Below, in pieces: positions 50,517 to 60,688 of a stretch of 64,000 bases of DNA. Location: NCBI GenBank assembly GCA_965200925.1, contig OZ241738.1, forward strand, positions 2,507,965 to 2,571,964, read 5' to 3'. Each line of letters starts with the position of its first letter. The first letter of the stretch is position 1. The DNA is from Alphaproteobacteria bacterium (GTDB taxonomy: Bacteria > Pseudomonadota > Alphaproteobacteria > UBA828). A program made the position numbers and the translations under genes. Below the pieces are notes generated by a model. It was not told the DNA's origin. It saw only the letters and a program-made list of their open reading frames with translations, and searched no databases.

Positions 50517-52490
50517 CTACAGCGCCAGGGCGGCGCGGTGGCCGTCGTGGATCGCCGAGGCCGCGTCGCGCGGCAGCAGGCAGTCGCCGATGCGGAACGT
50601 GCGGATTCCCGCCGCCTCCAGCGCGCCGGCGAGGCCGTCGCGGGCGATTCGCGGAGTCGCGTAGGCCAGCAGGGCCACGTCTTCGATGGCGGTTTCGGCG
50701 CCGGTGAGCACGTGGCGGCAGGCGACCCGGCCTCCCTCCCGCGCCACCGGCTCGGTCAGCCGCCGCACGTCGATCCCGAGCCGGGCCAAGCGCCGGTCCA
50801 CGCCCAGGCGGGACATCAGGTTGACGAAGCGGGCGATCTCGGCGGCCGGGGTCAGAAGTACGACGCGCGCGAAGCGCCGCGCCAGCAGGTCGACCGCCGC
50901 GTAACAGGCGGCCGTCTGGTCCATGTCCAGCAGTACGGCCGTGCCGGGCGAAGGCGCCGCGCCCGCGGCTTCGGCAGGGGCAAGAGTCTCGACGGCGCGC
51001 CGCAGGTCGACTGCCTCCGCGCCGGCCGCCAGCGCCGGCGGCCGGCGCATCACGGAACCCGTCGCCAGCACCACCGCGTCCGGCGCGAAGGCCCGCAGCG
51101 AATCGGCCGTGGCCGCTTCGCCCAGGCGGAAGACGGCACCCGCGTCTGCCGCGCGCGCGTGCTGGAAGGCCGCCGTCCCCGCCACCTCGGCTCGGCCCGG
51201 CAGGCGCGCTTCGAGCCGCGCCGCGCCGCCCGGCTCCCGCCCCGCCGAGAAGACGGTCACCGCGTGGCCGCGTGCCGCCGCGGTCCAGGCCGCCTCCAGG
51301 CCCGCGAGGCCGGCGCCGACCACCGCCACCCGCCGCCCCGCCGCCGCCCGCGGCGGCCGCCAGCCCGCCTCGCCCGCGCAGGCCAACACCGGGTTCTGGA
51401 AGCAGCGGATCGGCCGGCCGGCGTGAATCTCGCCCCAGCAATAGTTGCAGTAGGTGCAGTGGCGGACCGCGCCGGCGCCGGCCTGCGTCTTGCGCGGCCA
51501 GTCGGCGTCGGCGATCAGCACGCGGCTGAAGCCCACCAGGTCGCAGGACCCGGCCGCCAGCGCCGCCTCCGCCGCCTTCGCCGATTCGATACGGCCCAGC
51601 GCGATCGTCGGGCGTCCGCCGGCCGCTTCACGCAGCCGCGCGTGCAGCGCGAGGAAGGGTTGCGGCGGGTAGTGCATGTCCGGCAGGTGCGCATCGAACC
51701 GGGGGCCGAACGCGCCCTGGCTGAAGCAGAGATAGTCGAGGACGCCTTCCGCGGCGGCGGCGCGGGCGATACGCGCGGCCTCGTCCGGGTCGATCCCGCC
51801 CGGCAGCTTCTCGTCGGCCGGGAGCTTGATGCCGACGATGAAACCGGCACCGCAGGCGGCGCGAACGGCGGCCAGCGTCTCGCGCATGAAGCGGGTACGG
51901 CCCGCGAAGTCGCCGCCGTAGCCGTCCGTCCGGTCGTTGCAGGCGGGCGAGAGGAACTGCGCGATGAGGTAGCCGTGGGCGCCGTGCAGCTCGACTCCGC
52001 CGAAGCCTGCGCGTTGCAGGCGCCGGGCGCTCTCGGCGTAGCCGGCGACGATCCCCGGGATTTCCGCCTCGGCCAGCGGGCGGGCGGCGTTCCAGTAGAG
52101 CGCCTCCGGCCGCGCGGAGGCGCCCACCGGCACCGAATCGAGGCCCCAGAGCTGCTGGCGCCCGATATGGCCGAGCTGGCCGATCAGCAGACAGCCCGCG
52201 CCCTCGACCGCCTCCGCCCAGCGCGCGAAGCCGTCGGCATTGGCCTCGTCGTGGGCGCTCACCAGAATGGGCGCGCCGCTGCTCGTCGGATGGACGTTGA
52301 GGAGCTCGCTCACGATCATCGCCGCCCCGCCCTCGGCGCGCGCCCGGTGGTAGGCAATCAGGCGGTCCGTGACCCTGCGCTCCCGCCCGAGGCCGGTGAC
52401 GGTGGCGGTGTGGACGATGCGGTTGCGCAGCCGGCGGCACCCCAGGGCGAGGGGACTGAACAGCGTCTCGAACGCAGGCGCGCTCGCCAT
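50517..52490 (-). CDS. Old Yellow Enzyme-type FMN/4Fe-4S/FAD oxidoreductase
   Basis: RNRIV, ELHGAHGYL, NDRTDGYGG, CTYCNYC...C, VVGAGLAG. Confidence 0.92.
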   Translation of the reverse strand: MASAPAFETLFSPLALGCRRLRNRIVHTATVTGLGRERRVTDRLIAYHRARAEGGAAMIVSELLNVHPTSSGAPILVSAHDEANADGFARWAEAVEGAGCLLIGQLGHIGRQQLWGLDSVPVGASARPEALYWNAARPLAEAEIPGIVAGYAESARRLQRAGFGGVELHGAHGYLIAQFLSPACNDRTDGYGGDFAGRTRFMRETLAAVRAACGAGFIVGIKLPADEKLPGGIDPDEAARIARAAAAEGVLDYLCFSQGAFGPRFDAHLPDMHYPPQPFLALHARLREAAGGRPTIALGRIESAKAAEAALAAGSCDLVGFSRVLIADADWPRKTQAGAGAVRHCTYCNYCWGEIHAGRPIRCFQNPVLACAGEAGWRPPRAAAGRRVAVVGAGLAGLEAAWTAAARGHAVTVFSAGREPGGAARLEARLPGRAEVAGTAAFQHARAADAGAVFRLGEAATADSLRAFAPDAVVLATGSVMRRPPALAAGAEAVDLRRAVETLAPAEAAGAAPSPGTAVLLDMDQTAACYAAVDLLARRFARVVLLTPAAEIARFVNLMSRLGVDRRLARLGIDVRRLTEPVAREGGRVACRHVLTGAETAIEDVALLAYATPRIARDGLAGALEAAGIRTFRIGDCLLPRDAASAIHDGHRAALAL

Positions 52491-52794
52491 GCGCCGACGC
52501 TATGCCGCCGCCCCGCCCGCCGCAAGCGCGCAACCGGCCTCGCAGGCCTCCCGACGGTGCCCGCGCGGACCGGTTTCCCCTCTGTTCGGCGCCAGGGGTA
52601 AGATGGCTTCGTGAAGACGGTCATCGACATCCGCGACTCATCGCCCGCGCAGACATCCGCGACGCCTCGCCCGCGCGCGGGCGAGGCGGGGGCGGCCACT
52701 CCGCGGGCAGGCCATTCCCGGCCGGAGTCGCGCGCGACGGCATCCGGCGATCCCGGAACCCGTTGACCGCCGTCGCGCGATTCACGACGGCCGC

Positions 52795-54431
52795 ATGACG
52801 GCGCCGCCGGGCGCGGGCATGGACTGCGACTTCGTCGTCGTGGGCGGGGGCACGGCGGGGTGCGTGCTGGCGAACCGCCTCTCGGGCGATCCGGCGAACC
52901 GGGTGGCGCTGGTCGAGGCCGGCGGCGAGGCGCGCCATCCGGCGCTCCGTATCCCGCTGCTGGCCGGCCACGCCTACTTCCTGCGTTCGGTCAATTGGAA
53001 CTACGAGAGCGAACCCGAGCCCCATCTCGACGGGCGCCGCATCCCCTGGCCGCGCGGCAAGGTGCTGGGTGGCACCTCGGCGATCAACGGCATGATGTAC
53101 ATGCGCGGCAACCGCCGCGACTACGACGACTGGCACCGCCGCGGGCTCGAAGGCTGGGACTATGCGAGCGTGCTCCCCTACTTCAAACGCGCCGAAGGGC
53201 ACGGCTCCCGCCGCGACGCCTATCACGGGACGGCGGGGCCGCTCCGCGTCGAGCGCGCGCGCTCGGACAACCCGCTTTACGAGGTCTTCCTGCGCGCCTG
53301 CGCTACGCTCGGCCTGCCGCGCAATGACGATTTCAACGGCGCGATACAGGAGGGCGTGGGCCGGCAGGATTTCTGCTACCGCCGCGGCCGGCGAGAGGAC
53401 GCCGGGCAAGCCTTCCTGGCACCGGTGCGCCGGCGCCCCAATCTGCGGGTGCTGACCCGCGCCCATGCCGAGCGTCGCTCTTCGAGGGGCGCCGCGTCAC
53501 GGGCGTCGCCTGCCGCCGCCTCGGGCGGGTTCGCGCGATTCGCGCGCGCCGCGCGGTGGTGCTCGCCTGCGGCACCGTCGGCTCGCCGGCGCTGCTGCAA
53601 CGCTCGGGCATCGGCGCGCCCGCGCATCTCCGCCCGCTCGGCATTCCCATCGTCGCCGAAAGCCCGGAGGTGGGGCGCAACCTGCAGGACCACGCCGGCG
53701 TTTACGTCCAGTACGCCTGCACGCGGCCGGTCACGCTCTACGGCCTGATGCGCCCCGACCGGGCGGCCCTCGCCTGCCTGCGCGCCTGGCTCTTCGGCGC
53801 CGGCCCCGGCGCCTCGGTCGCGCTGGAGGCTGGCGGCTTCGCCCGCTCGCGCGAAGGGCTGGAGGCGCCGGATCTGCAACTCACCTTCCTGCCCGGCCTC
53901 ACCCTGGACGTGACGCGCGCGAAGCAGGGCCGCCACGGCTTCCTCGTCCATGGCTACCAGCTCCGCCCCGAGAGCCGCGGCACCGTCCGCATCGTCTCCG
54001 CCGACCCCGACGCCGCCCCGGCGATCCGCCCCGGCACGCTGGGCGCCGAAGCCGACCGCCGCGTGGCGCGCGACGCCGTCCGGCTCGCGCGCCGGATCGT
54101 GGGCGGGGCACCGTTCGACCGATGGCGCGGCGCCGAGATCGCGCCGGGTGCGGCCGTCCGTTCGGACGCGGCGCTCGACGCCTGGGTGCGCGGCAACCTC
54201 ACCACCGTCTGGCACCCGGTCGGCACCTGCCGCATGGGCGCGGACGCGGGCGCCGTGGCGGACGCGGCCCTCCGGGTGCGCGGCGTCGCGGGGCTGCATG
54301 TGGCGGACGCCTCCGTCATGCCGGCGATCCCCAGCGGCAACACCGCCGCGCCGACGATGATGATCGCCGAGAAGGCCGCCGACATGATCCTCGGCAAGCC
54401 GCCGCTCCCGTCGGAGGACCCGGCGGCGTGA
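52795..54431 (+). pseudogene. GMC oxidoreductase (choline dehydrogenase-like) split by a frameshift near 53475
   Basis: N-half VVGGGTAG, RGKVLGGTSAING; C-half VVLACGTVGSP, GRNLQDH, WHPVGTCRMG, GNTAAP in another frame. Confidence 0.85.
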
Positions 54432-54455
54432 CCCCCCGCGGGCCGATGGCGCGTT

Positions 54456-55823
54456 CTACGGACTTGCCTCCCGGCGTTCGCCGAAAAGCAGGGTGACATT
54501 GATCCGCCGGTTGGCGTAGCCGGGGCGGAAACGGACGTCGCCGCTTTCATGGATCAGGCTGGAATCGAAGATCACGGCGCGGTTGCAGCGATAGGGCACG
54601 CGCACCGCGGCCCGCCCGGCGACGCGGCGCTCCAGCGGCGCGGGGTCCAGGTTGTAGTCCGCGAAGCGCCAGCCCGGCGGGGTCGCCGCGTCGTACACCA
54701 CCAGCCCCGACCGCGCGGGCTTGCGGCAGGCCTCGTCCGGCGTGATCCAGAGATTGACGTTGACGGCCGCCGCGTCCGCATGCTTGCGGGTGCCGCCGCC
54801 CTGGCCGTATTTGAAGGCCCACGCCTGGGCCAGCCGGTGCCCGCCGAAGATTCGCGGCAGCCGTTCGCCGAGCGCGCGAGCGAGGGCGAGCACCACCGGG
54901 TGGTCGAAGCCCTCGTGCAGATAGGCGCCCAGATAGCCGCCGTGCTCCTTGCAGTCGAACCAGATCGTCGCCTCCAGGCAGAAGCGCCGGAGGGCGGCGA
55001 GCGCCTTCGCGTGCAACAGGTCGTCCACCACCACGAGGGCGGGCGCGGCCTCGGCGTAGCGCCGCTGGAGCGCCGCCGCGTCGAGACCGGGAGCGAGGAC
55101 GGGCGCGACCGCCGCCTCCGGCGGGCGGTGCAGCATCCGGTTGAAGAAGGAACCGATCAGGCGCTGCTCGTCCGCGTCCAGCATGCGCGGGACCGTGGGC
55201 GCGTCCGCGCCGCCGAAGCCCGCGAGCACCCGGCGGAGGCCGTCCCGCGCCGGGGCCAGCGCCGGCCCCGCCCGGCCCCGCGCCAGCAGATAATCGAGCT
55301 GTTCCAGGTCGTGTTCGAGCCTGGTCCGCGAGGCGGTGCGGAAGGCCGCCTCCTGCGCCGGGTCGAGGATGCCGCCGTCCCGCCGGGGGAAGCCGCGATG
55401 GAGGGAGAGCGCCGTGCGGAACCACGTCACGGCCTCTTCCAGCCGCCCCTGCCGCTTGAGGGCCGTCCCGAGATTGACGCGGGCGGCACCTGAGCCCGGC
55501 GCCCGCGCCAGCGCGCCGCGGAAGGCGCGCTCGGCCGCCGCGTCGTCGCCCTGCCCGAGCATGAGATTACCGAGGGCGATGCGCAGCCCCGCCTTGTCCG
55601 GCGCGAGGGCGACGGCCGCCTCGAAGGCACAGCGCGCCCGGGCGAGCGCGCCGCGGTCGGCGGCGACGAGGCCGCGGACGTAATGCGCGCCCGCGTCGCG
55701 CGGGTCGCGGGCGAGGACCCGGCGGGCGAGCGCCTCCGCCTCGGCTCCCCGGCCCGCCCGCCAGGCGGAGAACGCCGCGCGCGAATCAGGCGGCCGCTCA
55801 GCCGCCGCGCGCGAGCCCGTCAC
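54456..55823 (-). CDS. TPR protein with C-terminal 2OG-Fe(II) oxygenase-like domain
   Basis: About 4 TPRs; WAFKY, HAD, NVNLWITP, NRAVIFDS.LIHES, RRINVTLLFG. Confidence 0.78.
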   Translation of the reverse strand: MTGSRAAAERPPDSRAAFSAWRAGRGAEAEALARRVLARDPRDAGAHYVRGLVAADRGALARARCAFEAAVALAPDKAGLRIALGNLMLGQGDDAAAERAFRGALARAPGSGAARVNLGTALKRQGRLEEAVTWFRTALSLHRGFPRRDGGILDPAQEAAFRTASRTRLEHDLEQLDYLLARGRAGPALAPARDGLRRVLAGFGGADAPTVPRMLDADEQRLIGSFFNRMLHRPPEAAVAPVLAPGLDAAALQRRYAEAAPALVVVDDLLHAKALAALRRFCLEATIWFDCKEHGGYLGAYLHEGFDHPVVLALARALGERLPRIFGGHRLAQAWAFKYGQGGGTRKHADAAAVNVNLWITPDEACRKPARSGLVVYDAATPPGWRFADYNLDPAPLERRVAGRAAVRVPYRCNRAVIFDSSLIHESGDVRFRPGYANRRINVTLLFGERREASP

Positions 55824-57420
55824 GGGTCACCCTGAAGCCGGCCTTCTCCCGGTCCCAGGTGGCGGCCGTGACGCCTTCGGCGCGCAGCGCCACCTTGCGC
55901 ACCTTCTGCGTCGGCGTGCGCGGCAGGTCGTCCTTGAACTCGATGAAGCGCGGGACCATGAAGTAGGGCATCTCGGCCGCGCAGTGGCGCAGCAGCGCTT
56001 CCTCCGTCAACACCGCGCCCGGCCGGCGCACCGCCACCAGCTTCACCTCGTCCTCGCCGACGGAGGCGGGGACCGCCACCGCCGCCGCCTCGGCCACCGC
56101 CGGATGCTTGCCGGCGAGGCGCTCCACCTCGAACGACGAGATGTTCTCGCCGCGGCGGCGGATCGCGTCCTTCACCCGGTCGTGGAAGAAGAGGAAGCCC
56201 GCCTCGTCCATGTGGCCGCGGTCGCCGCTGTGGAACCACAGATTGCGGAAGGCCGCGAGCGTCGCCGCCGGCAGGCCGTCATAGCCTTCCATCAGGATGT
56301 GCGGGTGCTTCGCGCGGACGACGATCTCGCCCGCCGCGCCGCGCGGCAATTCGCGGTCCATCTCGTCCACGATGGCGATCTCGTACCAGGGCGCGGCGCG
56401 CCCGGCGGCGCCTTTCGGCGTCGCCTCGCCGGGCCGGGTGTAGGCGACGATGTTGGCCTCGGTCGAGCCGTAGCCTTCCGTCATTTGCAGGCCGAAGCGG
56501 GCCTTGAATTCCTCGAGCACGTCGTGCGGGTTGGGCACCGCGTAGATCATGCGCAGCGGGTTGTCGGCGTCGTCGGCGCGCGGCGGCGCGGCGTGGAGCA
56601 TGTGGCAGATGCCGCCCACGGCCACCGTCACCGTCGCCCCGTGCGCGCGCACCTCCGGCCAGAACCGCCCGACGCTGAAGCGCGGGCGCAGCACCATGCG
56701 GCAGTCGGCGAGCATGGTGCCGAGCAGGATGAACTTCCCGGCGATGTGGAAGAAGGGCAGGAAGTTGTAGGTCACGTCCTCCGGGCCGAGGGACACGATC
56801 TCGTTGAAGACCACGGCGAAGGACAGCGCGAAGTGGTGGTTGATGACCACGCCCTTGGACGGCCCGGTGGTGCCCGAGGTGAACATGATGCAGGCGGTGT
56901 CGGTCGCCGCCACGTCGCGCGCAAGGGCGGGGCCGCCGCCGGCCGCGAGCGCCTCGAGCGAAAGCACGGTGCCGGGAAGCGCGCGCCGCGCCTCCTCCGC
57001 GGCACCGTCCACGACGAAGGTGGCGAGGGCGGGGCAGCGCCCGGCGACGGCGGCGACGATGGGGACGAATGCCGCGTCCAGGACCATCGCCTCGGCCTTC
57101 GCGCTGCCCAGGATGTGCGCCAGGATGTCGCCGCGACAGGCGGTGTTGACGGGCACTTCGACGGCGCCCAGCTTCGCCGTGGCGAACCAGACGGACACGT
57201 GGTTCGGCGTGTTCTCCATCATGGTGGCGACGCGCGCACCGGGTTCGATTCCGCGCGCGGCGAGGCCGGCGGCGACGCGCCCGGCCTCCCGGTCGAGCGC
57301 GGCGTAGCCGTAGTCACGCCCCTCCCAGTGCATCACCGGATGGTCGGGGCGCTCCGCCGCGCGCCGCTCCAGCAGGCGGTGGACCAGCCAGGTTTCCGCG
57401 TTCTCGCCGATGGTCAGCAT
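55798..57420 (-). CDS. AMP-dependent acyl-CoA ligase (CaiC-like)
   Basis: FTSGTTGPSKG, YGSTE, WFHSGD, RRRGENISSFEVE, PRTPTQKV. Confidence 0.93.
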   Translation of the reverse strand: MLTIGENAETWLVHRLLERRAAERPDHPVMHWEGRDYGYAALDREAGRVAAGLAARGIEPGARVATMMENTPNHVSVWFATAKLGAVEVPVNTACRGDILAHILGSAKAEAMVLDAAFVPIVAAVAGRCPALATFVVDGAAEEARRALPGTVLSLEALAAGGGPALARDVAATDTACIMFTSGTTGPSKGVVINHHFALSFAVVFNEIVSLGPEDVTYNFLPFFHIAGKFILLGTMLADCRMVLRPRFSVGRFWPEVRAHGATVTVAVGGICHMLHAAPPRADDADNPLRMIYAVPNPHDVLEEFKARFGLQMTEGYGSTEANIVAYTRPGEATPKGAAGRAAPWYEIAIVDEMDRELPRGAAGEIVVRAKHPHILMEGYDGLPAATLAAFRNLWFHSGDRGHMDEAGFLFFHDRVKDAIRRRGENISSFEVERLAGKHPAVAEAAAVAVPASVGEDEVKLVAVRRPGAVLTEEALLRHCAAEMPYFMVPRFIEFKDDLPRTPTQKVRKVALRAEGVTAATWDREKAGFRVTRDGLARGG

Positions 57421-57497
57421 CGCGTCCTCCCGCGCGCCACTATAGCCGTGCCGCCGCGATCCTGGCACGCTGTGCGCCGGGACTCGCGGGAGAGGCC

Positions 57498-59165
57498 GTG
57501 CTGGAACGGATCAGGCTCGGCTCCGGGCTGGTGCTGTTCGTCTTCGTGGCGACGCACCTCGTGAACCACGCCTGGGGGCTGGCGTCGCTGGAGGCGCTGG
57601 CGGCCGCGCGCGACGTGTTCGTCGCCGCCTGGCGCAGCTGGCCTGGCACGGTGGCGCTCTACGGGGCCTTGCTCGCGCATTTCGCCATCGTCCTCTGGAG
57701 CCTGTACCGGCGCCGCACGCTGCGGCTGAAGCCCGCCGAGCTGGCCCAGGTGGCGCTGGGCGTCGCCATCCCGCTGCTGCTGGTCCAGCACGTGTTGGGG
57801 ACCCGCGGCCTGCACGAGATTTTCGGCACGGTGGACGACTACACCTACGAGATCCTCGTCCTCTGGGTCTTCACGCCGGAGAACGGCATGATCCAGATGG
57901 TGCTGCTCGCGGTCACCTGGGGGCATGGCTGCCTGGGCCTGCACTTCTGGATCAAGCTCAAGCGGTGGTATCGGCCGGCGGCGCCCTGGCTCCTCGCCTT
58001 CGCGGTGATTCTGCCGCTCGCCGCGGCGGCGGGCTTCGTGGCGGCGGGGCGGGAGATCGCCGCCCTCGCCCGCGCGGACCCGTTCTGGCTCGAGGACGCC
58101 ATCGCCGCGCTGAACTGGCCCGGCGAGGAGGCGCTGGCCTGGTACGAGACGTGGCGCTTTCGCGGCTGGGCGGTGCTGGGCGGCATCCTGGCGCTGGTCG
58201 TGCTGGCGCGCTACGCGCGGCTCGCGGTGGAGCGGCGGCGCGGCATGGTCCGGCTCGCCTATGGCGACGGGCGCGTCGTCGAGATCCGCCCGCCGACGAC
58301 CGTGCTGGAGGCGAGTCGCGAGGCCGGCATTCCGCACGCCTCCGTCTGCGGCGGCCGGGGGCGGTGTTCGACCTGCCGCGTCCGCGTCGGCACCGGCGCC
58401 GAGCATCTGGCACCGGCGAGCGCGGAGGAGGCGCGGGTGCTGCGGCGGGCGGGCCTGCCCGCGCGCGTCCGCCTGGCCTGCCAGCTGCGCCCTGTCCGCG
58501 ACCTGGAGGTCACCCCCCTCCTCCTCGCCAACGTGGACCCGCGCGAGGTGCTCCGCCGCGCCGACCGCCGGGAGGGCGAGCGCGAGGTGGCCATCCTCTT
58601 CGCCGACATCCGCTCCTTCACGCGCTTCGCCGAGAAGAAGCTCCCCTACGACGTGGTGTTCGTGCTCAACTGCTACTTCCGGTCCATGGGCCAGGCGGTG
58701 CTGAAGGCCGGCGGCGAGATCGACAAATTCATCGGCGATGGCGTGATGGCGCTGTTCGACGCCGCCACCGGGCCGGAGGAGGCGTGCCGGCGGGCGCTCG
58801 CGGCCGCGCGGGAGATGGGGGCGGCGCTGGAGGCGCTCAACGCCTCGCTGCGGAACGACCTGGGGGAGCCGCTCCGCATCGGCATCGGCATCCATCTCGG
58901 CGCCGTCATCGTGGGCGAGATGGGCTTCGGCACGGCGACCTCGTTCACCGCGATCGGCGACGCCGTGAACACGGCGAGCCGTATCGAGACGGCGACCAAG
59001 GATTACGGCTGCCAGCTCGTCGTCTCCGAGGAGGTGGCGCGCCGAGCCGGCGTCGACCTGGGCGCCCACGCGCTGCACGCGCTGGCCGTGCGCGGCCGCT
59101 CGGAGCCGGTCCCCGTCCGCGCCGTCCCCCGCGCCGCCGACCTGCCCGAAATCCCCGTTCCCTGA
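57498..59165 (+). CDS. Adenylate cyclase with His-rich membrane anchor and 2Fe-2S ferredoxin domain (CyaC-like)
   Basis: Six TM helices with THLVNH/AHF/QHV/GHG; CGGRGRCSTC...RLAC; FADIRSFT, DKFIGDG, IGDAVNTASR. Confidence 0.9.
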   Translation: MLERIRLGSGLVLFVFVATHLVNHAWGLASLEALAAARDVFVAAWRSWPGTVALYGALLAHFAIVLWSLYRRRTLRLKPAELAQVALGVAIPLLLVQHVLGTRGLHEIFGTVDDYTYEILVLWVFTPENGMIQMVLLAVTWGHGCLGLHFWIKLKRWYRPAAPWLLAFAVILPLAAAAGFVAAGREIAALARADPFWLEDAIAALNWPGEEALAWYETWRFRGWAVLGGILALVVLARYARLAVERRRGMVRLAYGDGRVVEIRPPTTVLEASREAGIPHASVCGGRGRCSTCRVRVGTGAEHLAPASAEEARVLRRAGLPARVRLACQLRPVRDLEVTPLLLANVDPREVLRRADRREGEREVAILFADIRSFTRFAEKKLPYDVVFVLNCYFRSMGQAVLKAGGEIDKFIGDGVMALFDAATGPEEACRRALAAAREMGAALEALNASLRNDLGEPLRIGIGIHLGAVIVGEMGFGTATSFTAIGDAVNTASRIETATKDYGCQLVVSEEVARRAGVDLGAHALHALAVRGRSEPVPVRAVPRAADLPEIPVP

Positions 59166-59171
59166 AGGGCG

Positions 59172-60575
59172 CTACCCGTTGAACCCCGGCGGGATGCGGG
59201 TATGCCAGTCGGTGGCCTGCTGGTAGGCCCAGCCGATGCGGAGCGCCGTCGCCTCGTCGTGGCCGCGGCAGACGACGTGCAGCGAAAGAGGCAGCCCCCC
59301 GTCGGTGAAGCCGTTCGGCAGGGCGAGGGCGCACCAGTCGAGCCAGTTGACCGGCCGCGTGAAGCGGGCCGGGGTCTTCGTCTGATCGATCGCGGCCACC
59401 GGCGGCGCCGGCGTTTCCACGGTCGGCGTGAGCCAGGCGTCGAAGTCCTCGAACGCCGCCAGCGCCGCCCGCTTGTCGTCCGCGCGCCCGCGCAGGAGCT
59501 GCTGATAGTCGGCGGCCGAGACACCGCAGCCGAGCTGGATGCGCGGGCGCACGTCGTCGTCCAGCGGCAGCGCCGGGTCGTCGACCAGATCGCCCAGCAG
59601 GGCGTAGCCCTCTGCGCCGATCAGGCGGCCCACCAGGGCGCCGTAGCGGGAGGTGGGCTGCGGCAGCGCCAGCGGAGCCGTGCGCGCGCCCGCCGCCGCC
59701 AGGGTCTCAACGGCGGCGTCGTAGGCGGCGAGCACCTCCGCGTCGAGGCCGGCGCGTTCCGTCTCCGGCAGGAGGCCCAGGCGCAGCCCCGCCACGCCCC
59801 GGCGGAGGGCAGGCCGCGGATCGTCCGGCGCGCGCCGCAGCGTCAGCGGGTCGGCCGCGTCCGGGCCTTGCAGCAGCGCGTAGAGGCAGGCCGCGTCCTC
59901 CACCGAGCGCGCCATCGGCCCCGGCGTGTCGAGGGTGGGGGCCAGCGGCAGCACGCCGGCGGCGCTGATCCGCCCGATGGTCGTCTTCAGGCCGGTCAGG
60001 CCGCACCAGGCGGACGGGATGCGCACCGAGCCGCCGGTGTCGGTGCCGATCGCCCAGGGCGCGAGACGGGCGGCGACGGCGGCGCCGGAGCCGCTGCTGG
60101 AGCCGCCGGCGGCGCGGTGGGTTTCGCGATCCCACGGGTTGCGGGGCGATCCCATGCGGCGGTTGGTGCCCCAGCCGCCCATGGCGAACTCCACCGTGTG
60201 GGTCTTGCCGAGGACGATCATGCCCGCCGCGATCGCCCGCCGCGCGAGGGTGGCCGTCGCCGGCGAGACGCGCGCCGCCCAGTGGCGGCTGCCGCCCGTC
60301 GTCACGCGACCTTCGATGTCGATCAGGTCCTTCAAGGCGATGGGCACGCCGTGCCAGGGGCCGACGCCGTGGCCCGCGCGGATCGCCTTGTGCGCCGCCT
60401 CGGCGGCGAGCAGCGCGTCGTCGCGATAGACCGTCGTGAAGGCGCCGACGGCGGGTTCGTGCGCCTCGATCCGGGCCAGCAGGGCTTCCATGAGATCGAC
60501 CGGACTCGCGCGTCCCGCCCGGATTTCCGCGGCCGCCTCCCCGGCCGTCATGAACGCGAGATCGGCTGTGGGCAT
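59172..60575 (-). CDS. Amidase signature family protein
   Basis: GVPIALKD, GGSSSGSG, GTDTGGSVRIP. Confidence 0.94.
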   Translation of the reverse strand: MPTADLAFMTAGEAAAEIRAGRASPVDLMEALLARIEAHEPAVGAFTTVYRDDALLAAEAAHKAIRAGHGVGPWHGVPIALKDLIDIEGRVTTGGSRHWAARVSPATATLARRAIAAGMIVLGKTHTVEFAMGGWGTNRRMGSPRNPWDRETHRAAGGSSSGSGAAVAARLAPWAIGTDTGGSVRIPSAWCGLTGLKTTIGRISAAGVLPLAPTLDTPGPMARSVEDAACLYALLQGPDAADPLTLRRAPDDPRPALRRGVAGLRLGLLPETERAGLDAEVLAAYDAAVETLAAAGARTAPLALPQPTSRYGALVGRLIGAEGYALLGDLVDDPALPLDDDVRPRIQLGCGVSAADYQQLLRGRADDKRAALAAFEDFDAWLTPTVETPAPPVAAIDQTKTPARFTRPVNWLDWCALALPNGFTDGGLPLSLHVVCRGHDEATALRIGWAYQQATDWHTRIPPGFNG

Positions 60576-60688
60576 CGCGGCCTCCTCCCCCGTTTCGACC
60601 GGCGATACATACCACGGCGCGCTTCGGCGCACGGCCCGGCCCCGGCGCGCGGGGCCGGCGAGCCACGCGCCGGAAAACAGGGGCCGGC

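Noticed and set aside
57463-57477. Sigma54 promoter TGGCACG-N6-GC before the CyaC-like gene (and TGGCACG before aapJ)
   Set aside because: The -12 element lacks TTGC; plausible by chance at this GC content
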